From the NCBI GenBank assembly GCA_024403235.1, contig JAKSSF010000008.1, positions 200-64,199 on the forward strand: a DNA stretch of 64,000 nt, written 5' to 3'. This DNA is from Lachnospiraceae bacterium. GTDB lineage: Bacteria; Bacillota; Clostridia; Lachnospirales; Lachnospiraceae. Each line of letters starts with the position of its first letter. Within the stretch, counting starts at the first letter, position 1. A program made the position numbers and the translations under genes. Positions 43,812-53,201 of the stretch are shown piece after piece. Below the pieces are notes generated by a model. The model saw only the letters and a program-made list of their open reading frames with translations. It was not told where the DNA came from and did not search any database.

Positions 43812-45899
43812 ATGGCAGAGTTTGAAAAGACCAGTGAAACAATAGGAAAAGTAACCTTAGATTACTCTAAATATCCGGGACAGGATTTTTATTGTGATGG
43901 AGAAGTGGAAAAAGAAATCCTGAAAATTGCAAAGGACTATTCTCCGGTAGAATATCAAGGCATTATTGAAGATAGAAAGCAGTGGCCTATTTTCTATCAT
44001 TTAAGTCCACAGAGAGAAAATATTGTGGATTTTTTGCCCATGGACAAATCCATGAAGGTGTTAGAGGTTGGCAGTGGTTGTGGTGCTATTACAGGGAAAT
44101 TAGCAAGGAAAGCTGGCCAGGTAACCTGTATTGACTTGTCCAGACAACGCAGTTTGATCAATGCGCATCGTCATAGTGATTGTGATAATGTTACCATTCA
44201 TGTGGGGAATTTTCAGGATATTGAACCCACTTTGGCAAAGGATTATGACTATGTGTGCCTGATTGGTGTATTTGAATACGGTATCAGTTATATCGGTGGG
44301 GAAACACCCTTTACCGATTTTTTCAATATTGTTAAAAAACATGTAAAACCAGGTGGTCGTCTGGTAATTGCTATAGAAAATAAATATGGTTTAAAATATT
44401 GGGCCGGTTGTAAAGAAGATCATTTAAGCACCTTCTTTTCCGGGATAGAGGGCTACCCGGATGGAGGCGTGGTTAGAACCTTTTCAAAAAAAGGGCTGGA
44501 AAAAATTCTAAAGGCTTGTGGAGAAAAAGAATATTCTTTCTATTATCCTTATCCGGATTATAAATTCATGCATACCTGCTTTAGCGATAAACGATTACCC
44601 GGTAAAGGAGAACTAACAGATAATCTTCGCAATTTCGACCAGGATAGAATGCTTTTATTTGATGAAAAAAATGCCTTTGATGCTTTGATTGAGGATGAAA
44701 TGTTTCCGGAGTTTTCCAATTCCTTTCTGTTGGTCGTTGGTCCGGATTTGGAGGTAGAGTATAGTCGCTATTCCAATGATAGAACCATGGAAACGGCTAT
44801 TAAAACAGAAATTTTAGAAACAGCTTCAGGAAAGATAGTTCGTAAAGTTCCTTTATCAGAATATGGGTATGACCATATTCGAGCCTTGGGAACCTACTAT
44901 GAAGCTTTACAGAAACGCTACGAAGGAAGTAGTTTATCTGTGAATACCTGTCATATCATTGAAACGGAAAATGGTCCCGTAGCAGAATTTGAATATGTGG
45001 AAGGGGTTACCCTTTCCAGCTTATTGGATGAGAAAATAGCAGCCAATGATATGAAAGGCTTTCAGACGCTGTTTCAGGAGTATGTGAAAAGAATTGACTA
45101 TAATAGTCAGGAAAAAGTAACAGACTTTGATTGTATTTTTTCCAATATTTTAATTGGAGATGATACCTGGACTATCATTGATTATGAATGGACAGAATTT
45201 GTCCAAAGAGAAACCAATGAAATTGCTTTTCGTAGCTTATATTGCTATGTATTGGAAAATGAAAAACGGAATAAATGGAGCTTAGATTGGGCCATTGATA
45301 TGTTGGGCCTAAAGCCTGGGGCATTAGAGGAACTACAGCAGCAAGAGGCTGTTTTCCAAAAGAAAGTTACAGGCAAACACCTTTCCATGGCGGAACTAAG
45401 AAATCTGATTGGTGGAACTATTTTTGAACCCCAGAAATGGATTTCTCATTTCCAGGAAAATGCCGGTAGCAAACGGGTGCAGATTTATGAGGATTTAGGC
45501 AATGGATTTTCAGAAGAAAATTCTTACTTTGTAGAAGAAGCGGTTCCTGTGGGAGGAAAGGTTTCCTTTACCATACAGGTAGACCATGGAGTAAAAACAC
45601 TTCGCATCGATCCTGCGATGGAAAGCTGTATCTGTAAGGTGGAATCTTTAATATGGAATGGGAATCCCATTTCTTTGGATAAAAGAACTATTTCTTCGAA
45701 TGGAAGAAGAGCCAGCCAAAGCAAAGAGGAATGTCCTACCTTTGTGTTTGCCACAGAGGATCCTAACATTGTTTGTTCCTTAGATGGATTTCCTAAAGAA
45801 GCAGAGAATCTTTTAGAAGTATGTTTTTCTATTGTAGGTATTCCAAAGGAAATGGGCGCAGATATTGAACAAGGTCTGAAAGGATTGTTGAAATGGTAA
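43812..45899 (+). CDS. three-part protein: class I SAM methyltransferase, kinase-like domain, C-terminal beta-rich domain (WbdD-like candidate)
   Basis: SAM motif I VLEVGSGCGAITGKLA with DYDYVCLIGVFEY. The kinase-like part has IVRKVP, EFEYVEG, FDCIFSNILI (D-x4-N) and IIDYEW. Confidence 0.55.
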   Translation: MAEFEKTSETIGKVTLDYSKYPGQDFYCDGEVEKEILKIAKDYSPVEYQGIIEDRKQWPIFYHLSPQRENIVDFLPMDKSMKVLEVGSGCGAITGKLARKAGQVTCIDLSRQRSLINAHRHSDCDNVTIHVGNFQDIEPTLAKDYDYVCLIGVFEYGISYIGGETPFTDFFNIVKKHVKPGGRLVIAIENKYGLKYWAGCKEDHLSTFFSGIEGYPDGGVVRTFSKKGLEKILKACGEKEYSFYYPYPDYKFMHTCFSDKRLPGKGELTDNLRNFDQDRMLLFDEKNAFDALIEDEMFPEFSNSFLLVVGPDLEVEYSRYSNDRTMETAIKTEILETASGKIVRKVPLSEYGYDHIRALGTYYEALQKRYEGSSLSVNTCHIIETENGPVAEFEYVEGVTLSSLLDEKIAANDMKGFQTLFQEYVKRIDYNSQEKVTDFDCIFSNILIGDDTWTIIDYEWTEFVQRETNEIAFRSLYCYVLENEKRNKWSLDWAIDMLGLKPGALEELQQQEAVFQKKVTGKHLSMAELRNLIGGTIFEPQKWISHFQENAGSKRVQIYEDLGNGFSEENSYFVEEAVPVGGKVSFTIQVDHGVKTLRIDPAMESCICKVESLIWNGNPISLDKRTISSNGRRASQSKEECPTFVFATEDPNIVCSLDGFPKEAENLLEVCFSIVGIPKEMGADIEQGLKGLLKW

Positions 45900-47836
45900 T
45901 AAGCCGAGTGAAGCTGGGGGCCAGGTTATTATTAGAAAAAAAGATAACCAAGGCATATACACAGCTTTTGGATAAAAAATATCAAACCTATCATCAGTGG
46001 GTAACAAAAAAAGAAGAAAAAGAAGCAGCAGATGGGAACAAACAATTTCCCGTTCAGGTGGTGGAATATAAAGATCTTCTTACTTTAGATGTGGAAGCTT
46101 TAAACCAACCCATTATTTTGTTAACCGAAAGAAAAAAAGGCTTAGCTTCTTTTGTCTTAGGGGAAGTGACTTCTATTATGGCACAAAATCCCCAGGTACT
46201 TCTTGCCTACGGGGATGAGGACGAGTGGAAGCATGAAGAGACGGTTCGAATGAATCCCTGGTATAAACCGGATTTTTCTTTGGATACCTTATTTTCGTAT
46301 TTTTATTTAGGGAATGTCATTGCGATTCGAAAAGAGGCTATTCAAAACTTTTTGAAGCAGGATTTGAAAACCACCAAAGAGGCTTTGTACGATTTGGTGT
46401 TGTTAATTGTGTCTGCAGCAGAAAAAGAGCAAATTTACCATAGTCAAAAAATTTGGTACAGTTCTCATGCCATTTCCTATTGGGGCATGGAGGAAGACTA
46501 TCAAGATGTAAAAAAATGGTATATGGAAAGACGTCCCCAGACAGTGGAAAAAGGGGTTTCTATTATTATTCCATCCAAAGATAATCCACAGATTTTAGAA
46601 AGACTTTTACATTCTATTGAGAAGTTTAGTGGGGACTATGAAAGAGAAATCATTGTAGTGGACAATGGTAGTTCCAAAGAAAATCAGGAGAAATTGTTGG
46701 AACTGCAAAAGCAATTTTCTTTCCAATATCTGTTAGAACCTATGGACTTTAACTTTTCAGCCATGTGCAATCTTGGGGCAAAAGCAGCCACTAAGCCCAA
46801 TTTGTTATTCTTAAATGATGATTGTGAAGTGAGACAATCCCGTTGGTTGGATCTATTATGGAATCAGCTGCGTTTTCTTTCCACAGGCGCAGTTGGAGCA
46901 AAATTATACTATCCCGGTGGAAAACAAATTCAGCATTGTGGTATTTATGGACTACAGATTGGTCCGGTTCATAAATTACAGTTTTTACAGGATGTAAGAA
47001 GATACGGAGATTGTCGAAATCAGTATGTAAGAAATGTGTCTGCGGTTACTGCAGCCTGCTTGATGGTGCGTAAAAAATCTTTCCGTTTGGTACAGGGGTT
47101 TGATGAATCCTTGGCGGTAGCCTTTAATGATGTAGATTTTTGCTGGCGCCTTTTGGAAGCAGGATTTTTTAATGTAGTTGTGAATGATGTGCATTTAACC
47201 CATCACGAATCCCTATCCAGAGGAAGTGATGAAAGCCCAGAGAAAAAACAGCGCTTGTTGGAAGAAAAAAGAAAACTGCAAAAGAAGCATGTGGCACTTT
47301 GGGGAAAGGATCCTTATTATCATCCGGAATTCACCACCGGCATTTTAGATATTCGTTTTTCTGAAAAAAGAGACTTCGAAAAGAGTAAGGTTTCTACCCT
47401 TAGTTTACAGCCTTGGCAAAACACTCAAAAGGCTATGCGGGAAGATCCTTGTCTTGCCTGCAGCATTGAATATGCAGGAGAAGCAGACAACTTTTTCTAT
47501 GAGAAATGTAAACAATACCAGTGTGGTGCCAAAGAGTATTATTTCCAAGGTACAGCAGTGGTTTTAGGCAGTGATAATAGCATTTATGAGAGAATACTAT
47601 TGGCAGAAAATACGGTAACGGGGGAGTATTATTCAGGAACTTTGCCCATGCGTTATCGACCGGATTTGGTAACCAATATGCCGGATCAAATTCATGTAGA
47701 ACTATGTGGGTTTGGGACAAAACTAGATACCAAGATGCTTCCAACTGGTACCTATCAGTTGAAAATTTTGGCAAGAGACCGGGTAAGCCATGCAGGTATT
47801 GTAAGAACTTTGCCGTATCAGATTACTGTTTCTTAG
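45893..47836 (+). CDS. GT2-family glycosyltransferase with extra N- and C-terminal domains
   Basis: 647 aa. The central GT2 domain has VSIIIPSKDNPQILERLLHSI...IIVVDNGSS...FLNDDCEV. The ATG overlaps the upstream stop (ATGGTAATAA). Confidence 0.8.
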   Translation: MVISRVKLGARLLLEKKITKAYTQLLDKKYQTYHQWVTKKEEKEAADGNKQFPVQVVEYKDLLTLDVEALNQPIILLTERKKGLASFVLGEVTSIMAQNPQVLLAYGDEDEWKHEETVRMNPWYKPDFSLDTLFSYFYLGNVIAIRKEAIQNFLKQDLKTTKEALYDLVLLIVSAAEKEQIYHSQKIWYSSHAISYWGMEEDYQDVKKWYMERRPQTVEKGVSIIIPSKDNPQILERLLHSIEKFSGDYEREIIVVDNGSSKENQEKLLELQKQFSFQYLLEPMDFNFSAMCNLGAKAATKPNLLFLNDDCEVRQSRWLDLLWNQLRFLSTGAVGAKLYYPGGKQIQHCGIYGLQIGPVHKLQFLQDVRRYGDCRNQYVRNVSAVTAACLMVRKKSFRLVQGFDESLAVAFNDVDFCWRLLEAGFFNVVVNDVHLTHHESLSRGSDESPEKKQRLLEEKRKLQKKHVALWGKDPYYHPEFTTGILDIRFSEKRDFEKSKVSTLSLQPWQNTQKAMREDPCLACSIEYAGEADNFFYEKCKQYQCGAKEYYFQGTAVVLGSDNSIYERILLAENTVTGEYYSGTLPMRYRPDLVTNMPDQIHVELCGFGTKLDTKMLPTGTYQLKILARDRVSHAGIVRTLPYQITVS

Positions 47837-47872
47837 TAAGGAAAACAAGGGTCAAAAAGGAGAACACTGTCC

Positions 47873-49843
47873 ATGACAGAGGAAATGAATTATAAAGAGG
47901 CATATGAAAAAGAACACTTAAAATGTGCAGATTTGGCCAGCCGTGTAGCAGAACTGGAAGAAAAGAATGATTTGTTGGAATTTAAGTTAAACCGTATTAA
48001 GACAAACCCTTTATGGACCAGCACTGCTTCCTTACGGAAGGTGATGCATCTTGGCATTCGTCAATATAGTCGTTTGAAAAACTGTGGCGGACCAAGAGGT
48101 GTGGTACAAAAAATCAACTATAAAAAACGAGAGAATATAGCCAAAAAGCAGTTTGGTACAGAAAGTTTTCCGGATGCGGCAAGACGGCAGGAAGAAGAAA
48201 ATACCATTTTCCCCAGAATGGTAAAAATCAGTATTTTGGTTCCCTTATATAATACACCGAAAGATTTCTTAGAGGAAATGATTGGGTCCGTTCAAAATCA
48301 AACCTATGGAAATTGGGAATTGTGTTTAGCAGACGGATCAGATAAAGAACATGCTTTTGTAGGGGAAATTTGCCAAGCCTATCAGCAAAAGGATAGTAGG
48401 ATTTGCTATCAGAAATTGGAGAAAAATGAAGGTATCTCCGGCAATACAAATGCCTGTTTTCGGATGGCTACAGGAGAATATATAGGGCTATTTGATCACG
48501 ATGATATTTTACATCCCAGTGTATTGTATGAATATGTAAAGGTAATTAACGAACAGGGAGCAGACTATATTTATTGTGATGAAACCACCTTTAAGGATGG
48601 AGACATCAACAAAATGCTAACCCTTCATTTTAAGCCCGATTATGCCATTGATAACTTAAGGGCTAATAACTATATTTGCCATTTTAGTTGTTTCGACAGG
48701 ACCTTATTGGAGGGGACAGAATTATTCCGTTCTGCCTTTGATGGTAGTCAGGATCATGACATGATTTTGCGCTTAACAGATAAAGCAAAGAAAGTAGTTC
48801 ATGTTCCCAGACTTTTATACTATTGGAGAAGTCATGCCGGTTCTGTAGCCAGTGATATCAATGCCAAATCCTATGCCATTGAAGCGGCTAGAGGAGCGGT
48901 CGCAGATCATTTGAAAAACCATGGCTATGAACATTTTAAGATTACCAGTACCAGGGCCTTCGAAACTATTTTTAAAATCAGTTATCAGATTATTGGAAAT
49001 CCGAAGATTAGTATTGTGATTGCCAATAAAGATCATTTGGAGGATTTAAGCCGCTGTGTTTCTTCCATTTTGGAAAAATCCACCTATGATAATTTTGAAA
49101 TCATTATTGTAGAAAATAATAGTGAGACACCGGAAATCTTCCAGTATTACGATACCATCACCAAGCAGGATAGCCGGATTAAAGTAGTGAAATATGAAGG
49201 CAAATTCAATTATTCTGCAATCAATAACCTTGGTGTTAGAAATACTACGGGAGAATACATTTTACTGTTAAATAATGATACGCAGGTGATTACCGTTAAC
49301 TGGATGGAAGAACTTTTGATGTACGCTCAAAGAGAAGATGTAGGTGCGGTAGGGGCAAAACTATATTATAGCAACAAAACCATTCAGCATGCAGGGGTAG
49401 TCATTGGGTTGGGAGCTCATCGAACTGCAGGCCATACCCATTACGGACAAAGTAGAGAAAATTTAGGCTATATGGGTAGATTATGTTATGCCCAAAATGT
49501 GACTGCTGTGACAGGAGCATGCCTTATGGTGAAAAAATCTCTCTTTGATTTGGTAGGAGGCCTGGAGGAAAGCTTTGAAATATCCTTAAATGATGTGGAT
49601 TTCTGTTTGAAACTTCGTGAGAAGGGATATTTGAATGTCTTTACACCTTTTGCAGAACTGTATCATTTTGAATCAATTTCCAGAGGCTTAGATGATCAGG
49701 GAGAAAAGGCAGAAAGGTACAATGCGGAATCTGCCAGATTTAGAGAAAAATGGAAAAAACAGCTGGAGGCAGGAGATCCATACTACAATGTGAACTTTTC
49801 TTTGGACCGCAGTGATTATTCCTTAAAAATAAAAGAAAACTAA
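47873..49843 (+). CDS. dual-domain GT2 glycosyltransferase with N-terminal coiled-coil
   Basis: 656 aa. Heptad-like N-terminus (KEAYEKEHLKCADLASRVAELEEKNDLLEFKLNRIK). GT2 domain 1 has ISILVPLYNTP...FDHDD. GT2 domain 2 has ISIVIANKDH...LLNNDTQV. Confidence 0.8.
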   Translation: MTEEMNYKEAYEKEHLKCADLASRVAELEEKNDLLEFKLNRIKTNPLWTSTASLRKVMHLGIRQYSRLKNCGGPRGVVQKINYKKRENIAKKQFGTESFPDAARRQEEENTIFPRMVKISILVPLYNTPKDFLEEMIGSVQNQTYGNWELCLADGSDKEHAFVGEICQAYQQKDSRICYQKLEKNEGISGNTNACFRMATGEYIGLFDHDDILHPSVLYEYVKVINEQGADYIYCDETTFKDGDINKMLTLHFKPDYAIDNLRANNYICHFSCFDRTLLEGTELFRSAFDGSQDHDMILRLTDKAKKVVHVPRLLYYWRSHAGSVASDINAKSYAIEAARGAVADHLKNHGYEHFKITSTRAFETIFKISYQIIGNPKISIVIANKDHLEDLSRCVSSILEKSTYDNFEIIIVENNSETPEIFQYYDTITKQDSRIKVVKYEGKFNYSAINNLGVRNTTGEYILLLNNDTQVITVNWMEELLMYAQREDVGAVGAKLYYSNKTIQHAGVVIGLGAHRTAGHTHYGQSRENLGYMGRLCYAQNVTAVTGACLMVKKSLFDLVGGLEESFEISLNDVDFCLKLREKGYLNVFTPFAELYHFESISRGLDDQGEKAERYNAESARFREKWKKQLEAGDPYYNVNFSLDRSDYSLKIKEN

Positions 49844-49895
49844 GTGGGAAATCCGGTGAGGAAAAGAAGTTCTTATTTCCTAACCGAAGAAAATA

Positions 49896-49904
49896 TGATA
49901 AAAT
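49896..49904 (+). promoter_or_regulatory. possible extended -10 element upstream of the phosphoglucomutase gene
   Basis: TGATAAAAT (TGnTAAAAT) about 70 nt before the ATG; I saw no good -35. Confidence 0.3.
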
Positions 49905-49973
49905 ATAGGAAATTTTGAGCCGGGAAGCAAATGCTTTTTGGAAAAACAAAAATAAAATGGAGGAATTTGGGTT

Positions 49974-51695
49974 ATGAGTTACATGGATGGTTACAAATAT
50001 TGGTTAGAAGATGATTATTTTGATGCTGCAACCAAAGAAGAATTACAGGGTATTGCAGATAATGCAGCAGAAATTGAAGATCGCTTCTATAAAGAGTTGG
50101 AATTTGGTACCGGTGGACTTCGTGGTGTCATTGGTGCAGGTACCAATCGTATGAATATTTATACAGTTCGTAAAGCTACTCAGGGCTTAGCAAACTATAT
50201 TTTGAAACAGGGTGGCAGTGAAAAAGGCGTGGCAATTGCTTACGATTCTCGTTTTATGTCTCCTGAATTTGCAGATGAAGCAGCATTGTGTTTGGCAGCA
50301 AACGGCATTAAAGCTTATGTATTTGATGCACTCCGTCCTACACCGGAATTATCTTTTGCACTTCGTACCTTAGGATGTATTTCCGGTATCGTGGTTACTG
50401 CCAGCCATAATCCACCGGAATATAATGGATACAAAGTATATTGGGAGGATGGCGCACAGGTTACTGCTCCTAAGGATAAAGAAATCATTACAGAAGTAAA
50501 AAATGTTACAGATTATCATACGGTAAAGACCATGGATAAAGAAGAAGCAATGGCAAAAGGTCTTTATGTTGTTATTGGTAAAGAAATCGATGATGCTTAC
50601 ATGGTGGAATTGAAAAAACAGATTATCCATCCGGAAGTAATCAAAGAAGTAGCAGATGATATTAAGATTGTGTATTCTCCTTTCAATGGAACAGGTAATG
50701 TACCGGTTCGTAGAATCCTTAGCGAATTAGGGTTCAAGAATGTATATGTTGTTCCGGAACAGGAAATGCCGGATCCTAAGTTTACTACTTTGGATTACCC
50801 TAACCCAGAAGATCCGAAAGCCTTTACATTGGCATTAAAATTAGCAAAAGAAAAAAATGCAGATATCGTTTTAGCAACCGATCCGGATGCTGACCGTCTT
50901 GGTATTTATGCATTAGATACAAAGAGTGGTGAATATATTCCTTTCACAGGAAATATGTCCGGTATGTTGATTGCGGATTATATTTTAGGGGAAAGAACAG
51001 CAACCGGTACAATGCCGGAAAACCCTGCTTTGGTAAAAACCATCGTTACCACTAACATGAGTGATGTAATTACCAAATCTTATGGGGTAAAACAGATTGA
51101 AGTATTAACCGGCTTTAAGTTTATCGGGGAACAGATTAAATTATTCGAACAGACCGGATCTAACAACTATGTATTCGGTTTGGAAGAAAGCTATGGCTGT
51201 TTAGCAGGAACTCATGCAAGAGATAAAGACGCAATTGTAGCAGTTATGTGTCTTTGTGAAGCGGCTGCATTCTGTAAGAAACAGGGCATTACTGTTTGGG
51301 ATAAGATGCTTCAGATGTATGAGAAATATGGCTACTTCAAAGAGGATATGTACACCATTACCTTAAAGGGTATTGATGGTTCCAGACAGATTCAGGAGAT
51401 GATGAGCAAGCTTCGCAGCAATCCTCCAAAGGAATTTGGTCCTTGGAAAGTATTGGCTGTTAGAGATTATGATAACGATGTTATCACCAATTTGGAAACC
51501 GGAGAAACCACTCCTACAGGACTTCCAAAATCCAATGTATTGTATTTTGATTTGACAGACGATGCATGGTGCTGTGCAAGACCTTCCGGAACAGAGCCTA
51601 AGATCAAATTCTACATGGGTGTTAAAGGAAACAGCTTAGAGGATGCAAAAGCAAAGAATGCAGTATTAACAGAAAGCTTAAAAGCTTATTTATAA
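49974..51695 (+). CDS. pgcA: phosphoglucomutase / phosphohexomutase (PgcA type)
   Basis: 573 aa; active-site TASHNPPEYNGYK; metal loop DPDADR. Confidence 0.9.
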   Translation: MSYMDGYKYWLEDDYFDAATKEELQGIADNAAEIEDRFYKELEFGTGGLRGVIGAGTNRMNIYTVRKATQGLANYILKQGGSEKGVAIAYDSRFMSPEFADEAALCLAANGIKAYVFDALRPTPELSFALRTLGCISGIVVTASHNPPEYNGYKVYWEDGAQVTAPKDKEIITEVKNVTDYHTVKTMDKEEAMAKGLYVVIGKEIDDAYMVELKKQIIHPEVIKEVADDIKIVYSPFNGTGNVPVRRILSELGFKNVYVVPEQEMPDPKFTTLDYPNPEDPKAFTLALKLAKEKNADIVLATDPDADRLGIYALDTKSGEYIPFTGNMSGMLIADYILGERTATGTMPENPALVKTIVTTNMSDVITKSYGVKQIEVLTGFKFIGEQIKLFEQTGSNNYVFGLEESYGCLAGTHARDKDAIVAVMCLCEAAAFCKKQGITVWDKMLQMYEKYGYFKEDMYTITLKGIDGSRQIQEMMSKLRSNPPKEFGPWKVLAVRDYDNDVITNLETGETTPTGLPKSNVLYFDLTDDAWCCARPSGTEPKIKFYMGVKGNSLEDAKAKNAVLTESLKAYL

Positions 51696-51730
51696 GCATT
51701 AGAAAATAGTATTAAAAAGTTTCTTTCAAG

Positions 51731-51760
51731 TGCAGTGGGCAGTATGTCCACTGCATTTTG
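51731..51760 (+). terminator. terminator-like hairpin after the phosphoglucomutase gene
   Basis: TGCAGTGG-9 nt-CCACTGCA followed by TTTTG. Confidence 0.55.
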
Positions 51761-51803
51761 TCAGAATAATGTTTTTAGAGGATTTAGGAATAAGGAAAGC
51801 GGT

Positions 51804-53171
51804 ATGGGGAAAGTATCCATAGCAAATTTCAAAAAAGCATATTATTACTTGAAACGGAATGGAGTTCAAAAGGCCTGGTATGCCGTTTGGGAACGCATCA
51901 AAGAACAAGAATCCTACCAGTATGTGGCTCCATCCCAGGAGGAACTGGAAAAACAGAGAGGTACGGAGTTTTTGCAGAAACCCTATTTTTCTATTTTAGT
52001 ACCTGTCTATCATACCAATCCGGACTTCTTTAGGGAAATGATTCAATCTGTTTTAAACCAAACCTATGGTCATTTTGAATTGATTTTAGCGGATGCAGGG
52101 AAATCTGAGGAACTAAAAGAAATTAGCGAAACTTTTCAGGATGATAGAATAGTATATCTTCCGTTAGAGAAAAATGAAGGCATTTCAGCCAACACCAACG
52201 CAGCTTTACAGGTAGCAAAGGGAGAGTATATTGGTCTGTTAGATCATGATGATTTGCTGACAGAGGATGCTTTGTTTACTGTGGCGGAACAAATTGAGAA
52301 AACTAGTGGGGAAAAGAATCCAAAACGATTCTTTTACACCGATGAAGATAAATGTGATGAAACAGGGAAAAATTTTTATGATTATCATAAAAAAATGGAT
52401 TTTAACCTGGATTTATTATTCACCAATAATTATATTTGTCATTTCCTTGTGATGGACAGCGCGCTTATGAACGAACTGCAATTTCGAAGTGATTTTGATG
52501 GTGCACAGGATTATGATTTGGTTTTACGGGCTGTGGGTAAATTATGGGAAGAAAACCCGCAGGTAGAGGATTTGATTAGCCATATCCCAAAGGTTACTTA
52601 TCATTGGCGTTGTCATAGAAATTCTACGGCACAAAATCCTGCCAGTAAAAAGTATGCTTATGAGGCAGGCAGAAGAGCATTAGAAGATTTTGTAAAAGAA
52701 AAAGGTTGGAAAGCTTCTGTGAAGCACACAGACCATGTAGGATTTTACCGGATAGAATATGAAAAGGATATCTGGGATAGTAGAGAAGATGTGGCAATGA
52801 TAAATGGCCCCATTTATTACAAGAATAAAGTTGTGGGCGGCGCTTATGGAAAGAACCAAGAGCTGACCTACGGAATGGTTCCAAAAGGCTTTGGGGGATA
52901 TTTACACCGAGCCAAGTTACAACAAAATTGTGAACAGATAGATTTGTTTCATGCCAGGATTTCACCAAAGGTTTGGGAAAATTGGGACAAGTTAATGCCG
53001 GCTGATTTGCAGAAAGATAAGTTGCAATGGATTTGGGATACAGAAAAAGGAAATCCGGTATTTGCTTATAATAAAGAGCAATATCAGAGCTGCAGAGCGG
53101 CTGTTTGTAACAAACTTTTAGAACTTGGATATCGCCTGTATTATGATCCGGAATGGGAGCATACTGTATAG
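51804..53171 (+). CDS. GT2-family glycosyltransferase
   Basis: FSILVPVYHTNPDFFREMIQSVLNQTY...LDHDD closely parallels domain 1 of the 47873-49843 protein. Start set at MGKVSIANFKK, after AAGGAAAG. Confidence 0.8.
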   Translation: MGKVSIANFKKAYYYLKRNGVQKAWYAVWERIKEQESYQYVAPSQEELEKQRGTEFLQKPYFSILVPVYHTNPDFFREMIQSVLNQTYGHFELILADAGKSEELKEISETFQDDRIVYLPLEKNEGISANTNAALQVAKGEYIGLLDHDDLLTEDALFTVAEQIEKTSGEKNPKRFFYTDEDKCDETGKNFYDYHKKMDFNLDLLFTNNYICHFLVMDSALMNELQFRSDFDGAQDYDLVLRAVGKLWEENPQVEDLISHIPKVTYHWRCHRNSTAQNPASKKYAYEAGRRALEDFVKEKGWKASVKHTDHVGFYRIEYEKDIWDSREDVAMINGPIYYKNKVVGGAYGKNQELTYGMVPKGFGGYLHRAKLQQNCEQIDLFHARISPKVWENWDKLMPADLQKDKLQWIWDTEKGNPVFAYNKEQYQSCRAAVCNKLLELGYRLYYDPEWEHTV

Positions 53172-53201
53172 AACTGTATTAGATATCTGATTAGGAGAAG
53201 T

